Assembly: GCA_963663035.1 (NCBI GenBank)
Contig: OY760074.1
Location: 1,536,001-1,600,000 of the forward strand
Source: Acidobacteriota bacterium
GTDB lineage: Bacteria > Acidobacteriota > UBA6911 > RPQK01 > JADFOI01
Reading direction: 5' to 3'
Length of the DNA stretch: 64,000 nt
Shown in pieces: positions 10,583 to 20,188 of this stretch. Under the pieces are notes generated by a model. That model saw nothing but the letters and a program-made list of their open reading frames with translations, made no database searches and was not told the origin of the DNA. The translations under genes were made by a program, and so were the position numbers. The number at the start of each line of letters is the position of its first letter. The stretch's first letter is position 1.

Positions 10583-11355
10583 CTAGTCGACACGTTTTAG
10601 CCGGACGGGAAAGTCCACTTGATGTTTGACCCAGTCGAAAAAGCGATCCTGTTCCTCCAGGCTCTTTCCGGGAAGCAGAATGCTGGGATCCCGCCATTCC
10701 TTCATCACGGGCGCATCTTGTGTCAGTATTTTGACACGCTTCCTGGGCACCAGACTCGTCCATTGGTCGCCGGTCTCAGCATCGGTGTACAACAGCCGAA
10801 TCACAATATTTCTGGATTAGTTCTCCAGTGGCTTGATAACGATAGACCTGTAGGCTTCGCTGCGCTCCGCCTCAGGCACATCTGGTATCCCGTCGCTTAT
10901 CAGGACAATAGCCAGAGGTCTCAAGATCAGTTTTCGATTGCTCACTGTTTCACTGACATGGTGGAAAAAGGCATTGAAATCCGTAAACGGATTCTCTTGG
11001 GAAAGATCTTCAGCTTTTGATGGATCCCTGGCAGCGTTTCGTATTCAAAGGTCTGAATGGGATAGAGGGTCTTGGCCTCTCCCACAGTGGAACCTCCAAT
11101 GGAGCCAACAAAGACTTCATCGGGCTGCTCCAGACCACCCAACCCCTGGAGGTGGGCGTAAAGGTAATGAGCCAGAAAGTTCAGAGAATCATCAAAGTAC
11201 TTACCCTTGAGAAAGGAACCACTGATATCCACACCCACAAACATAACCAGTCTGGGCACTGGTTCGGAGAGAAAAGCGTCAGGAAGGCAGCTCGTCAATC
11301 CAAAAAACACCACCAAAAGAACAGAACAGGTCAATATTTTTGATCTGGACTTCAC
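10583..11355 (-). pseudogene. VWA-like (MIDAS DxSxS) lipoprotein gene, disrupted
   Basis: Lipobox LTSC and VGVDISGSF. Frameshift near 10995-11000, after which the other frame reads ENPFTDFNAFF...IVLISDGIPD; in-frame TAA at 10817-10819; frame then continues SRNIVIRLLYTD to TAG at 10583. Confidence 0.7.
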
Positions 11356-11357
11356 GA

Positions 11358-12572
11358 TTAGGCCTGTTTCTTTCTTTTACTAGATGGGAATGCGTCTTCA
11401 AGCAAGCCCTTCGAATCCATGATCTGTTCCAACTTCGTCAATGGAATTTGAAATAGTGGGACCGCGGTCAGAAGAAAAGTACAGAAATTCACTGAAGCAG
11501 CCAGGATCTGCAATGGCGGGATTAGAAAGGCATTAAAAACCTCATTCCCCTTTTCCAGAGCCCATTCGAATTCTCCTCTCACCTGTCCGATCAGCTCAAT
11601 CTTCAGTGCGCTCTTCTCCTCACCCGAGGAAGGAGCCTCTAAGTTTCCCGTCACACCCATCCCCTGGATGATCGCCAGAAGCAGGGGGGTCCCATGACTG
11701 GCAAAGAGAACCCAGGACATTCCTCGAATTCCGAACCATGCAAGCCCGGCAATCACTAAAGTTCCAATAATCCCGAGTTCGAATTCACCCGAGGTGTGCT
11801 GATCAAACCAGGGAACCAGTGAATCTACAAATTCTCTATAGAGAAAGACCACCTCAACAAAGAGAGCCACCAACTCGATGATGCCAATTTGAATGATTGT
11901 GCCAATCTTTTTTGTGCTGAGCGCTTCGGCCCAGGTAGAGAGAACAGCGTAACTCCCAAGGACCAGGAACAACAGAAAAAGAAACAAGGGAATCCTGAGG
12001 AGATTCTCCGAGAGAGCTTGACCCGTTAAATTGGATAAAGTGTCCATCACCAGAGGGGTCATCACATAGGTGAACACAACGGCTTCAATCAGGCACCAGG
12101 TGAGGGTCAACAAGAGTGCAATCCATGGGACACGCGTATCGAAAATTCCCGTACCCAGATTTTTGAAGACCCGAAACGGAATAAAGAGTAGATCCTGAAT
12201 TAAAATCCAGATTCCCACAATGAACAATTTCAACAAACCAAAGACCGCAGTAATAAAGACAAAGACAAACTTAAACATTCCAGCCCAAAAGGACAGGATG
12301 GCCTTGCCAAGGTCCCACCAGACCAAAAAGAACTTGATCAGAAACTGGCTGCGATCTACGCGGAAGACGACAGAGACCAGGCAGGGAACGGTCACCCAAC
12401 ATCCCACAATAACGGACAGAACCGGCAACAGAATAAACAACCTCTTGAAGAGAGCCAGCCAGAAAGCGTCCTCTACTCCCAAGGCAAAAAACAAAAAGTC
12501 ATTCTGGAAAAAGAGAGGGAAAAAGAGAAAGCTCAAGATGACTTTCCAGGCACCGGATACTTCACTAAACAT
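11358..12572 (-). CDS. Multi-pass membrane protein of unknown function
   Basis: 404 aa with many hydrophobic helices, GGAGA RBS, ends 2 bp before the VWA-like gene start. Confidence 0.75.
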   Translation of the reverse strand: MFSEVSGAWKVILSFLFFPLFFQNDFLFFALGVEDAFWLALFKRLFILLPVLSVIVGCWVTVPCLVSVVFRVDRSQFLIKFFLVWWDLGKAILSFWAGMFKFVFVFITAVFGLLKLFIVGIWILIQDLLFIPFRVFKNLGTGIFDTRVPWIALLLTLTWCLIEAVVFTYVMTPLVMDTLSNLTGQALSENLLRIPLFLFLLFLVLGSYAVLSTWAEALSTKKIGTIIQIGIIELVALFVEVVFLYREFVDSLVPWFDQHTSGEFELGIIGTLVIAGLAWFGIRGMSWVLFASHGTPLLLAIIQGMGVTGNLEAPSSGEEKSALKIELIGQVRGEFEWALEKGNEVFNAFLIPPLQILAASVNFCTFLLTAVPLFQIPLTKLEQIMDSKGLLEDAFPSSKRKKQA

Positions 12573-12671
12573 GGGCTTCTCCTTGTCCGTCCTTTTCGGC
12601 TTTCATGCCAATTTTCATGTTAACACTTAGAAGAAGGGGTCCGTGGGGAACGCCCAATCTGACTGGTTCTT

Positions 12672-12884
12672 GGCCGGACTTATGCATAGGTTTTCGTGAC
12701 GAAGTGCCGCAGGCGCCACGATGACAAGGCGTGTGAGGGGTACCCGCTTGCGGGTCGGGCCCCGCCGGCGTACTCATGCAGTACGCCGAGGAGCCCAAGG
12801 GGTACCCGCTCTGCGGGTCGCACAACGTAGTCAGCGTGGATGATTGCGGCACTGCAGTAGAAAATTTATGCATAATCCCGGCTA
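12672..12884. mobile_element. MITE-like element, family A copy 2 (inverted)
   Basis: Its reverse complement begins TAGCCGGGATTATGCATAAATTTTCTACTGCAGTGCCGCAATCATCC, matching 8361 onward; carries two extra GGGGTACCCGC..GCGGGTCG modules. Confidence 0.75.
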
Positions 12885-15800
12885 GGCCGTTTCTGCCGTT
12901 CTGGGTTCCGGCCTTTCTTCAGATTCCATGTTGATGGGCTCTATGGGTTCACTCCACCGAATCCGTATGTTGTTGGCCTTTTTTGTCACCCTTTCATAGA
13001 GATCCGGCAAGACTTCCTTGAGCTCGGATGGTTCAGTCTGCCTTGGAGTAATGCCGGCTTTATCCAGACGGCTCAACAGGTGCTTCAAGGCTTTCTCAGG
13101 ATCCGTGTAATACTCACTGGAACGAAGATGAAAAATATCCCAGTCTAATCGGCGAAGGGTCATAAAATACTCCATCTCAAAGCAGAGCTCTTCGTGGGTT
13201 TTGAGACACTCGCCGTCACAGAGAATGGCAAGACGCTGCCTGTCCTCACTATGGGCTACGATATCAATGGCATGCAGTCCCACCTCAAAATTGAGCGATA
13301 CCTGAAATTTCCGGCTCTGCAGCTCTGTGAAAACAGATTTCTGCAGATCTGACTTAAACTCTTCCTCTTTTGTGATGGCTTTTTTTCTCAGCCCAGTCGG
13401 ATCCTGAGCATGCTTGATCAGTCTATATCTCAAATCTCCAGGTTTGAGATCCCAATCCGGCTTCAAGGAATGGACTACCCACAGTTGGTCACAAGCGCGA
13501 CTGGCAGCTACGTTGAAAACTTTTTTCGCTTCATCTCTTTGGCGCATGGGTAAGGGCCGTCCTGCCGGTGCGTCCACCAGGGACAAAAGGATCACATCTC
13601 TTTCATCCCCCTGAAATTGAGAAGCATTTCCACACAGAATTCGACGCTTCTTATATTCGGAAACGGTCAGCCTCTTCCTGAGAATCCTGTCAATGACAGC
13701 GGCTTGCTCGGTACCCACCATTGAAATCACACCAAAGGTGCGATCCTCATACTCGTGCATTCTGCACATGGCCAAAATCAAGGATGCAATTTCCTGGGCT
13801 TCCTGGTGATTGATTTTGTTCTGTGCCGCAGCGTCAGGCACATGGTGAGACACCAAGTGGGGAAAGAGCGAGCTCGCAGAAGGTTCGCGCAGCGGGAGAA
13901 TCTCATTGTTATAGCAGAGATGATTGCTGAATTGAATGATGTCGGGGACGCAGCGGAAATGTTCCAACAGTCGGATGGTGCCGCCAAAAGATTGACGGGC
14001 AAGATCATAGATCGACGTCTTCCCATCATAAAGTTGCTTATTGGGGATGTCTTCCAACATCTCGTCGATCAATTCCTGAATCCTTTCGGATTTCAATCCA
14101 ACCCCATAGGGGCTGACCTGTTCGTGGTCTCCCACGACCACCACATCCCGTGCCAGGGCAAAAATGGAAAGCGCACTGATATCGCTTTGGCTGGCCTCGT
14201 CCACGATGAGCACATCAAAATTGGTTGTGGTCAGATCGAAGCTTTCCAAAACCCTTGAAATCGGCATAATCCAAACGGGTACTGCCTGACGGCATTCCAG
14301 AAGTGTTTTCTTGGCGACTTCCTTGAGTTTGCCCACCTGCTTGCCGGTTCCCTTGCCCATTTTCTTGTGCAGGGCCAGCCACCCGTTTAAGGCCTGCTGT
14401 TGTTTGAGACCGGTTCTCTCCAGTTGCGCTTTCCAGGACTTCTTTTCAAGATATTGAGCCGTAATGTCCTGCAGTTTGTCATTCACGGAGTCCAGTTTGT
14501 CTTGAAGGTCGTCAAAATCAGCAGCTAGAATTTGCTCTAAGACCTGCTGCAGGTATTTGTGGGTCCAGGCACCCTGGATGTCACTCGGCGCTTGCCCCTG
14601 ATCATGAGGGGACTGCCATCCAGCGATGGCAGCTGACCAACTGGGCGCGGCCTCCTCAAGTCGCGAAAGGAGGGCCTGGCGTTTATCGTAATCCGGTTTT
14701 AAATCTATCAGTTCAGTGAGTCTTTGGTAGGCCAGCAGATAATGATCGTAGTTCCCTTTTTTGACGGCTCCCCGGAAGGCCTTTGTGACCACATAGGAGG
14801 CTTCTTTTTTGGGCAAACCATCAAAATAGTCAAACCAGTTCTGTTTCATTTCATTGAGCTCCTTCAGCTCAACAAATCGTATTCGGGTTTCAATGGCTGG
14901 GTGTAACTCCCCGGTGACCACCTCCTTAAGTTGGATGATGTCACTAAAAGCCGAACTGCTGACAGGCGCCTTCTTCAAGAGATGCTTCCAGTTCAGTCCA
15001 ACCTCTTCACTAAGGTTTTCACAGGGATTCCATATTTGATCAAACCAGGTAATCGCCAATTTGATCTTGTCAAAATATTGGCGGGCTGTTTTCTCAGGCC
15101 GGCGGCCCAATTTTGAGCTCTCCGGGCCGTTCAGGGGCTCCATTTGGCGATCCCACCGCCGTTTCAGTTCCTCTCGGAGCGTCTTGATCTCCAACTGATT
15201 AACGATCGCCTGAAAATGGTCTGCCGTGCTGGGCTCCCTATCGTCCACCTGACAAGCTTCAATTACTTCCTTCCATTCAGGCTTCAACATTTTTGTCAGC
15301 TTTTTGAGCCCTTTGCCCTTTTCAAGGTGAGCACAAATCTCTGTGCAGACTCGAATAATCTCTTCAGTCGATTTGTCGGACTTGACCTTGGGTCCTATGG
15401 ATAAAACCAGTTCTTCCCTGACAGGGATTTCCTCGCACAATTTTTCCACCTGACGCCCCAATACCTGCCATGGCTTTTTCTCTTCCGAAGTCCGTCGTCC
15501 GACATCAATGCACTCCATAATCCAAGGAGTTTCAACGTCTACAATGGCCATGGCTTGTGTCACCTGGTCCCTGAGCAGTTTCAGCTGTTTAGCAGAGTGC
15601 TCTTCATGTCGCCATAGTCCCTGTCCTTTTTTTAGATTTTCCTGCTCTAAACTGGCGATCGAGTCAAAAACCTCCCTGAATTTGTCGGGTGTCGGAATCT
15701 GGGAGGAGTCGGCAAAGGTGGATTCAAGAAGCTCGAGATCTTCGGCTGAAAGCCTGGCATTGATTTCGTAAAGAGACTTTATTTCATCTTCAGTCAAAGG

Positions 15801-17438
15801 GAGGTCGGGCTGATGCTTGACGGAGCCGGGCAGCCAGGAATATTTTTCTTGATCACGTCGGATCTGTTGAGCTGCTTGTGCCGGCGAGACTTTCACTCCC
15901 CCACTCAGTTCAAGTTCCTGATATTCATTAGAGAGGACAGTGAAGATTTCCTCCTTGATCTCCTTGAACTGGCTTTTCAATTCCTCCCGTTTGGCCTCTA
16001 ACTTCTCTATCTCAGCGTTAAGCTTCTTTGGGCTGGTACGGGAGAGATAATCAACGATTCCCGTTACCGATTCCTCCAGCTGCTTACTGCTTTCTTCATC
16101 GCTTTCCAACAGACTGACACAGAGCGATTGTAATGGCGGCACAACCAGTTCACGCACCACGCGAAGAGCCTTGGATGCGTGGCTTGAGACCAGGATACTT
16201 TTATTCTGGGCTAAAAGGTGCCCAATGAGATTGGCAATGGTATGGCTCTTTCCCGTACCGGGTGGGCCCTGGACCAGGACTGCTCCACTTTCATCCAGTT
16301 GGCGTATGACACGTTCCTGTTCCGGGTTGGCTGCTTTGGTCAAAAGAACCTCGGAAGCTTCCGAGTCATCATCGCTGGGTTTGCTGGATTTCTCTGTCTC
16401 TATTCCCACAATTCGCGCCAGAGACTCAGGCACGAAGTCGCTTTCGGAAAGATGTTTAATATATCTATCAAGCGCATCAGAGAATCCCAGGTTGGCACGC
16501 CCCAGATACATAGTGGGTTGGCGGTAGATATAAGGCGCTTGCGTTTTCTCTACCTCGTCAGGACTTTCAAAATAAAGACCATCGGACCACAGACTCTGGA
16601 CCAGCTCTTTCAGGAAATCAGTTGTCGCCTGTCCGCCCAAAGGGTGAATATGACCTTGTGAAACCTTTTCCTGAAAACGTGAGATGTCTTTCCCATCAGT
16701 TCCAAGAAATCTCAGAATGGCTGAGTGCAGGGACGGGTGGTCAACGGAATCCTTGATCACAAACTCAGGCACACCTGACTTGAATTCCAGTTGAAGATTT
16801 TGGACCAACAAAGGGTGATGAATCAATCCTTCTGGACTTTCCCAACAGAAGATTCCATCGGCCACATAGAGCTGAAACTTCTCTGATTCTCTATGTAACT
16901 TCGCCCACAGGTGAAAATACTCATTGAAAACGTTCAGGGCGTCATGAACATTGATTTCACTTTCTTCCCATTTCTTACGCTCGTCCAGCCAATCCTCAAA
17001 GGCTTCAACTCTTTCGGGAGAATCATCAAAGGCCTCGGTTACCTCTTGAGCAACGACGTTCTTGTAAGTCTTGGTCAGGTGAATTTGGGGTTCAACGCCC
17101 GGAGTCTCCCAACCCCGCTTGAGCCAGTTTTCCGCCACCACTGAAGGAGGTGGACAGTGGCTCTCCGTTGGTCTTCCAATTTTTAAGATGAAGTTACCCG
17201 CAACAAGGCTGTCATCTTCAAAAATTTGCTCTAAATATTCGAAATGATTTCCTACTTGAATCAAGGAGTAATGGGGAAGTTCGTCAAGATTTATTTTCCA
17301 AGTGTGCTCCTTCAAGTTGACGACGGGAGGAGTCTTGGTTCGGTGAAATTCCTGAAGGAACTTCAAGACCCGATTAATCAGAACGATTGCTTTTTTCCGC
17401 ACTTCAGGAGGAAATTGCTCAGTGTCTTGAGTTGTCAT
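12882..17438 (-). CDS. Large SF1 (DNA2/NAM7/UPF1-like) helicase with C-terminal Vsr/DUF559/MTES_1575-like domain
   Basis: VQGPPGTGKS, IVDEASQ, VVGDHEQ, LLEHFRC, FQGDERD, NVAASRA; long helical insert; C-terminal IDIV...RLAILCDG...LDW. Confidence 0.85.
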   Translation of the reverse strand: MTTQDTEQFPPEVRKKAIVLINRVLKFLQEFHRTKTPPVVNLKEHTWKINLDELPHYSLIQVGNHFEYLEQIFEDDSLVAGNFILKIGRPTESHCPPPSVVAENWLKRGWETPGVEPQIHLTKTYKNVVAQEVTEAFDDSPERVEAFEDWLDERKKWEESEINVHDALNVFNEYFHLWAKLHRESEKFQLYVADGIFCWESPEGLIHHPLLVQNLQLEFKSGVPEFVIKDSVDHPSLHSAILRFLGTDGKDISRFQEKVSQGHIHPLGGQATTDFLKELVQSLWSDGLYFESPDEVEKTQAPYIYRQPTMYLGRANLGFSDALDRYIKHLSESDFVPESLARIVGIETEKSSKPSDDDSEASEVLLTKAANPEQERVIRQLDESGAVLVQGPPGTGKSHTIANLIGHLLAQNKSILVSSHASKALRVVRELVVPPLQSLCVSLLESDEESSKQLEESVTGIVDYLSRTSPKKLNAEIEKLEAKREELKSQFKEIKEEIFTVLSNEYQELELSGGVKVSPAQAAQQIRRDQEKYSWLPGSVKHQPDLPLTEDEIKSLYEINARLSAEDLELLESTFADSSQIPTPDKFREVFDSIASLEQENLKKGQGLWRHEEHSAKQLKLLRDQVTQAMAIVDVETPWIMECIDVGRRTSEEKKPWQVLGRQVEKLCEEIPVREELVLSIGPKVKSDKSTEEIIRVCTEICAHLEKGKGLKKLTKMLKPEWKEVIEACQVDDREPSTADHFQAIVNQLEIKTLREELKRRWDRQMEPLNGPESSKLGRRPEKTARQYFDKIKLAITWFDQIWNPCENLSEEVGLNWKHLLKKAPVSSSAFSDIIQLKEVVTGELHPAIETRIRFVELKELNEMKQNWFDYFDGLPKKEASYVVTKAFRGAVKKGNYDHYLLAYQRLTELIDLKPDYDKRQALLSRLEEAAPSWSAAIAGWQSPHDQGQAPSDIQGAWTHKYLQQVLEQILAADFDDLQDKLDSVNDKLQDITAQYLEKKSWKAQLERTGLKQQQALNGWLALHKKMGKGTGKQVGKLKEVAKKTLLECRQAVPVWIMPISRVLESFDLTTTNFDVLIVDEASQSDISALSIFALARDVVVVGDHEQVSPYGVGLKSERIQELIDEMLEDIPNKQLYDGKTSIYDLARQSFGGTIRLLEHFRCVPDIIQFSNHLCYNNEILPLREPSASSLFPHLVSHHVPDAAAQNKINHQEAQEIASLILAMCRMHEYEDRTFGVISMVGTEQAAVIDRILRKRLTVSEYKKRRILCGNASQFQGDERDVILLSLVDAPAGRPLPMRQRDEAKKVFNVAASRACDQLWVVHSLKPDWDLKPGDLRYRLIKHAQDPTGLRKKAITKEEEFKSDLQKSVFTELQSRKFQVSLNFEVGLHAIDIVAHSEDRQRLAILCDGECLKTHEELCFEMEYFMTLRRLDWDIFHLRSSEYYTDPEKALKHLLSRLDKAGITPRQTEPSELKEVLPDLYERVTKKANNIRIRWSEPIEPINMESEERPEPRTAETA

Positions 17439-17601
17439 GATTCATTATGAGGCTTGACGAGTAATGTAATGACCGAAGAAGTTCAAAAAATCATTCAGGT
17501 TGGGATAGGTTGATTTTTGTATTGGAAAGCAACACTTTTGATATCATTTTCTCCATAAAAAGGCCCTAAAAACACTATACCAAATGTTTGAGCCACCTAA
17601 G

Positions 17602-17660
17602 GCGGAGGGGAGGCAGGAGGTAGGGGAGAGGAGGTAGGAGACAGGAGGCAGGAGAAAGAA
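17602..17660. repeat. Heptamer tandem repeat (AGGAGGC/AGGAGGT/AGGAGAC)
   Basis: Directly visible 7-nt periodicity. Confidence 0.75.
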
Positions 17661-17691
17661 TTCAGAAGCCAGAGGCCGCACGAAAACACGA

Positions 17692-18852
17692 ATGCACGAA
17701 AACACGACCGTACGACCACACGAGATCGGCGTCTATCTCCACATTCCCTTCTGCAACCGCAAGTGCGAGTACTGTGACTTCAACTCCGGCCCATTCGACC
17801 CGAAAGCGCGTCAAGCTTATCTGGCAGCACTCACGCAGGAGATGAACCATTCCCCCTGGAAGGGGCATACGGTCAAAACCGTCTCTTTCGGCGGGGGAAC
17901 GCCTTCCGAGCTGACCAGCGCTGAACTGGGCCGGCTGGTGAACACCCTCCGCCAAACCTTCGTTCTCAAGCAGGAAGCTGAGTGGAGCATCGAATGCAAT
18001 CCGGATGGGGTGAGTCCCGCCTTCTTTGTGGCACTCCTTGAGATAGGATTCAATCGGGTGAGTCTGGGTATACAGTCCTTTCACGATCATCATCTACAGC
18101 GTTTGGGGCGAGTTCATGATTCAGCTGAAGCACGGACAGCCTACCGCTGGCTGCGGGAGGCGGGATGTGACAACGTCAACCTCGATTTGATCTTTGGCCT
18201 GCCGGGACAGACCCTACAAGAATGGAAGGCCGATTTGCATGAGGCGCTGGCCCTCTCGCCCGAACATCTTTCACTCTACAACCTCACCCTCGAACCCGGG
18301 ACCGAGTTCGCTAGCCTTCAGGCCAGAGGAGAGCTGCAGGAAATTGACGAGGATCTTTCAGCCGACATGTACGAACTGGCCATGGAACTCACCCAAGCAG
18401 CAGCCTATAAGCAATATGAGATTTCGCATTACTCTCAGCCCGGACGGCAGTGTGCCCACAATCTCATCTACTGGCACAATGAACCTTCCATCGGTTTCGG
18501 AGTCAGCGCCGCTTCTTTCATGGAAGGTATTCGCTGGACGAACACAGGCAACCTGCTCGAGTACGCACGAACAGCAGCTTCGGGCCATGTCAGCCGGGCC
18601 AGTGAGGAAAAACTAACGGGACGTGAGGCTTTGGGAGAGGAGATCATGCTGCGCCTTCGCACTGATGAGGGGATCTCTCTTTCGGCGCTCTCAAACCGCT
18701 ATCGCTTTGATGTCGCTGCTCTACTCGCCGCCTCTCTGGAGTCCTTAGCTGCCCACGGACTCGTCGCTCAGGAGGGGGACCGGGTCAGACTCACCCGACG
18801 GGGCAAGCTGATGGCCGATGAAGTATGGAAAACACTGACAACTGACAACTGA
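17692..18852 (+). CDS. hemW: Radical SAM heme chaperone HemW
   Basis: YLHIPFCNRKCEYCDF (CxxxCxxC), FGGGTPS, NRVSLGIQSF, NLDLIFGLPGQT, HNLIYW. Confidence 0.92.
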   Translation: MHENTTVRPHEIGVYLHIPFCNRKCEYCDFNSGPFDPKARQAYLAALTQEMNHSPWKGHTVKTVSFGGGTPSELTSAELGRLVNTLRQTFVLKQEAEWSIECNPDGVSPAFFVALLEIGFNRVSLGIQSFHDHHLQRLGRVHDSAEARTAYRWLREAGCDNVNLDLIFGLPGQTLQEWKADLHEALALSPEHLSLYNLTLEPGTEFASLQARGELQEIDEDLSADMYELAMELTQAAAYKQYEISHYSQPGRQCAHNLIYWHNEPSIGFGVSAASFMEGIRWTNTGNLLEYARTAASGHVSRASEEKLTGREALGEEIMLRLRTDEGISLSALSNRYRFDVAALLAASLESLAAHGLVAQEGDRVRLTRRGKLMADEVWKTLTTDN

Positions 18853-18858
18853 CAGGGG

Positions 18859-19869
18859 TCAGCGGTTCAGGGGGTCATCAGGACCCAGGAAGTTCAAAAT
18901 CCTATCCAAATACAGCTCCGGGTTGCTGCGGAAAGCCGCACCGTGGGTGGCATTTTCAAAGAAAACAACCCTCTTCTTTTCATTGGGAATGGCATCAAAG
19001 ATTTCTTTGACAGCTGATGCCGGCACGCGGTCGTCCTCCTCGCCGTACATCAACAAAACCGGGATGGCGTCCAGTCCCTGGAGAACCTTGAGGGTACTCA
19101 GGTCTTCCGCTTGGTAGCCGTTCATTCGTGTGAGGTTCCACACAAAGATGTCGGCAAAGGGGAAGGAGGGCAGACCTATCATTGATTCCGTATGGTGAGA
19201 GATGGTCGCATTCAAACTTCGAAAGGGACTGTCGGCAATGACTGCCTCAAGGTCCTGCTGGAAATCGCCTGCTGCATGGAAGGCCGCCACTGCGCCCATG
19301 GAAATACCCAACAGGACGAACCGCTGTTTCCCCTTCGTCTGTTTCAAGAAATCATAGGCACCCAGAACATCAAACCGCTCCAGAAATCCAAGAGAGACAG
19401 TCTTTCCATCACTTCTCCCATGATTTCGAAAATCGAACAGGAGAACTGAAAAGCCGTTCTGGTTGAGAACAGAGCCTCGTTCCAGGCCTTCCTGCCGGCT
19501 GCGAAAGAGCCCGTGACACAGGATGATGGTCGGCTTCGTTTCCTCGCCCTCCATCAACCAACCCCGCAGCATCACTCCGTCCCGACTGGAGAAGTCGACG
19601 CTGACGAAATCTTGTCCATAGAGGTCCGGAGTATCGGCCAAGTTGCGCTCTTGCGGTCTGGTGCCCGCAGTGCTCAGGAAGTAAGAAGCAGCCAACGGAC
19701 TGATGAAAAAGATAAACACCGGCAGGAACAGCACCAGGGAGAGGAAAGTTCCTGTGAAGACCTTCCAGCCAGCACCACGAACCCTCAAAACTCGTGCTGC
19801 CATCCAAACCAGACTGCCACCCAGGGCAAAGACCAGCGTCATCAGTAAACACACAGCGACAATCAGCAC
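18859..19869 (-). CDS. Membrane-anchored alpha/beta hydrolase
   Basis: N-terminal TM helices, LCHG, DFRNHGRSDG, GISMG nucleophile elbow, D...H triad. Confidence 0.85.
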   Translation of the reverse strand: MLIVAVCLLMTLVFALGGSLVWMAARVLRVRGAGWKVFTGTFLSLVLFLPVFIFFISPLAASYFLSTAGTRPQERNLADTPDLYGQDFVSVDFSSRDGVMLRGWLMEGEETKPTIILCHGLFRSRQEGLERGSVLNQNGFSVLLFDFRNHGRSDGKTVSLGFLERFDVLGAYDFLKQTKGKQRFVLLGISMGAVAAFHAAGDFQQDLEAVIADSPFRSLNATISHHTESMIGLPSFPFADIFVWNLTRMNGYQAEDLSTLKVLQGLDAIPVLLMYGEEDDRVPASAVKEIFDAIPNEKKRVVFFENATHGAAFRSNPELYLDRILNFLGPDDPLNR

Positions 19870-19948
19870 GGTGTTTATTATCTCTAACCGCAGCCCCTCA
19901 GGTAAATGATGTTGGAAAATTGGAGAAGAAAATCCTGAGGCGTCCCCT

Positions 19949-20188
19949 TAACCCGCACTTCTCACACCCGCTCTACTGCATCGGCGCAATGATCCGGCCT
20001 AACAGCGTTCCGCGACCCGCACGCGGGTACCCCTCGGCTCCTCAACGTACTCAAGAGTACGTCTGCGGGGGTCGACCCGCACGCGGGTACCCCTCGCGCG
20101 CCAGTCGGGCCCGTGGGCTAAAGCCCACGGCTCTGTTTTCCGGTCCTTTCGCCGCTTCGCGACGACCTGGTGTGAGAAATGCGGGTTA
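19949..20188. mobile_element. MITE-like element, family B copy 2
   Basis: TIRs TAACCCGCACTTCTCACACC / GGTGTGAGAAATGCGGGTTA; right end contains the TAA of the DUF4340 gene. Confidence 0.78.

Noticed and set aside
10817-10819. Possible recoded stop (selenocysteine or read-through), given the selenium genes nearby
   Set aside because: The codon is TAA, not TGA, and the gene also carries a frameshift
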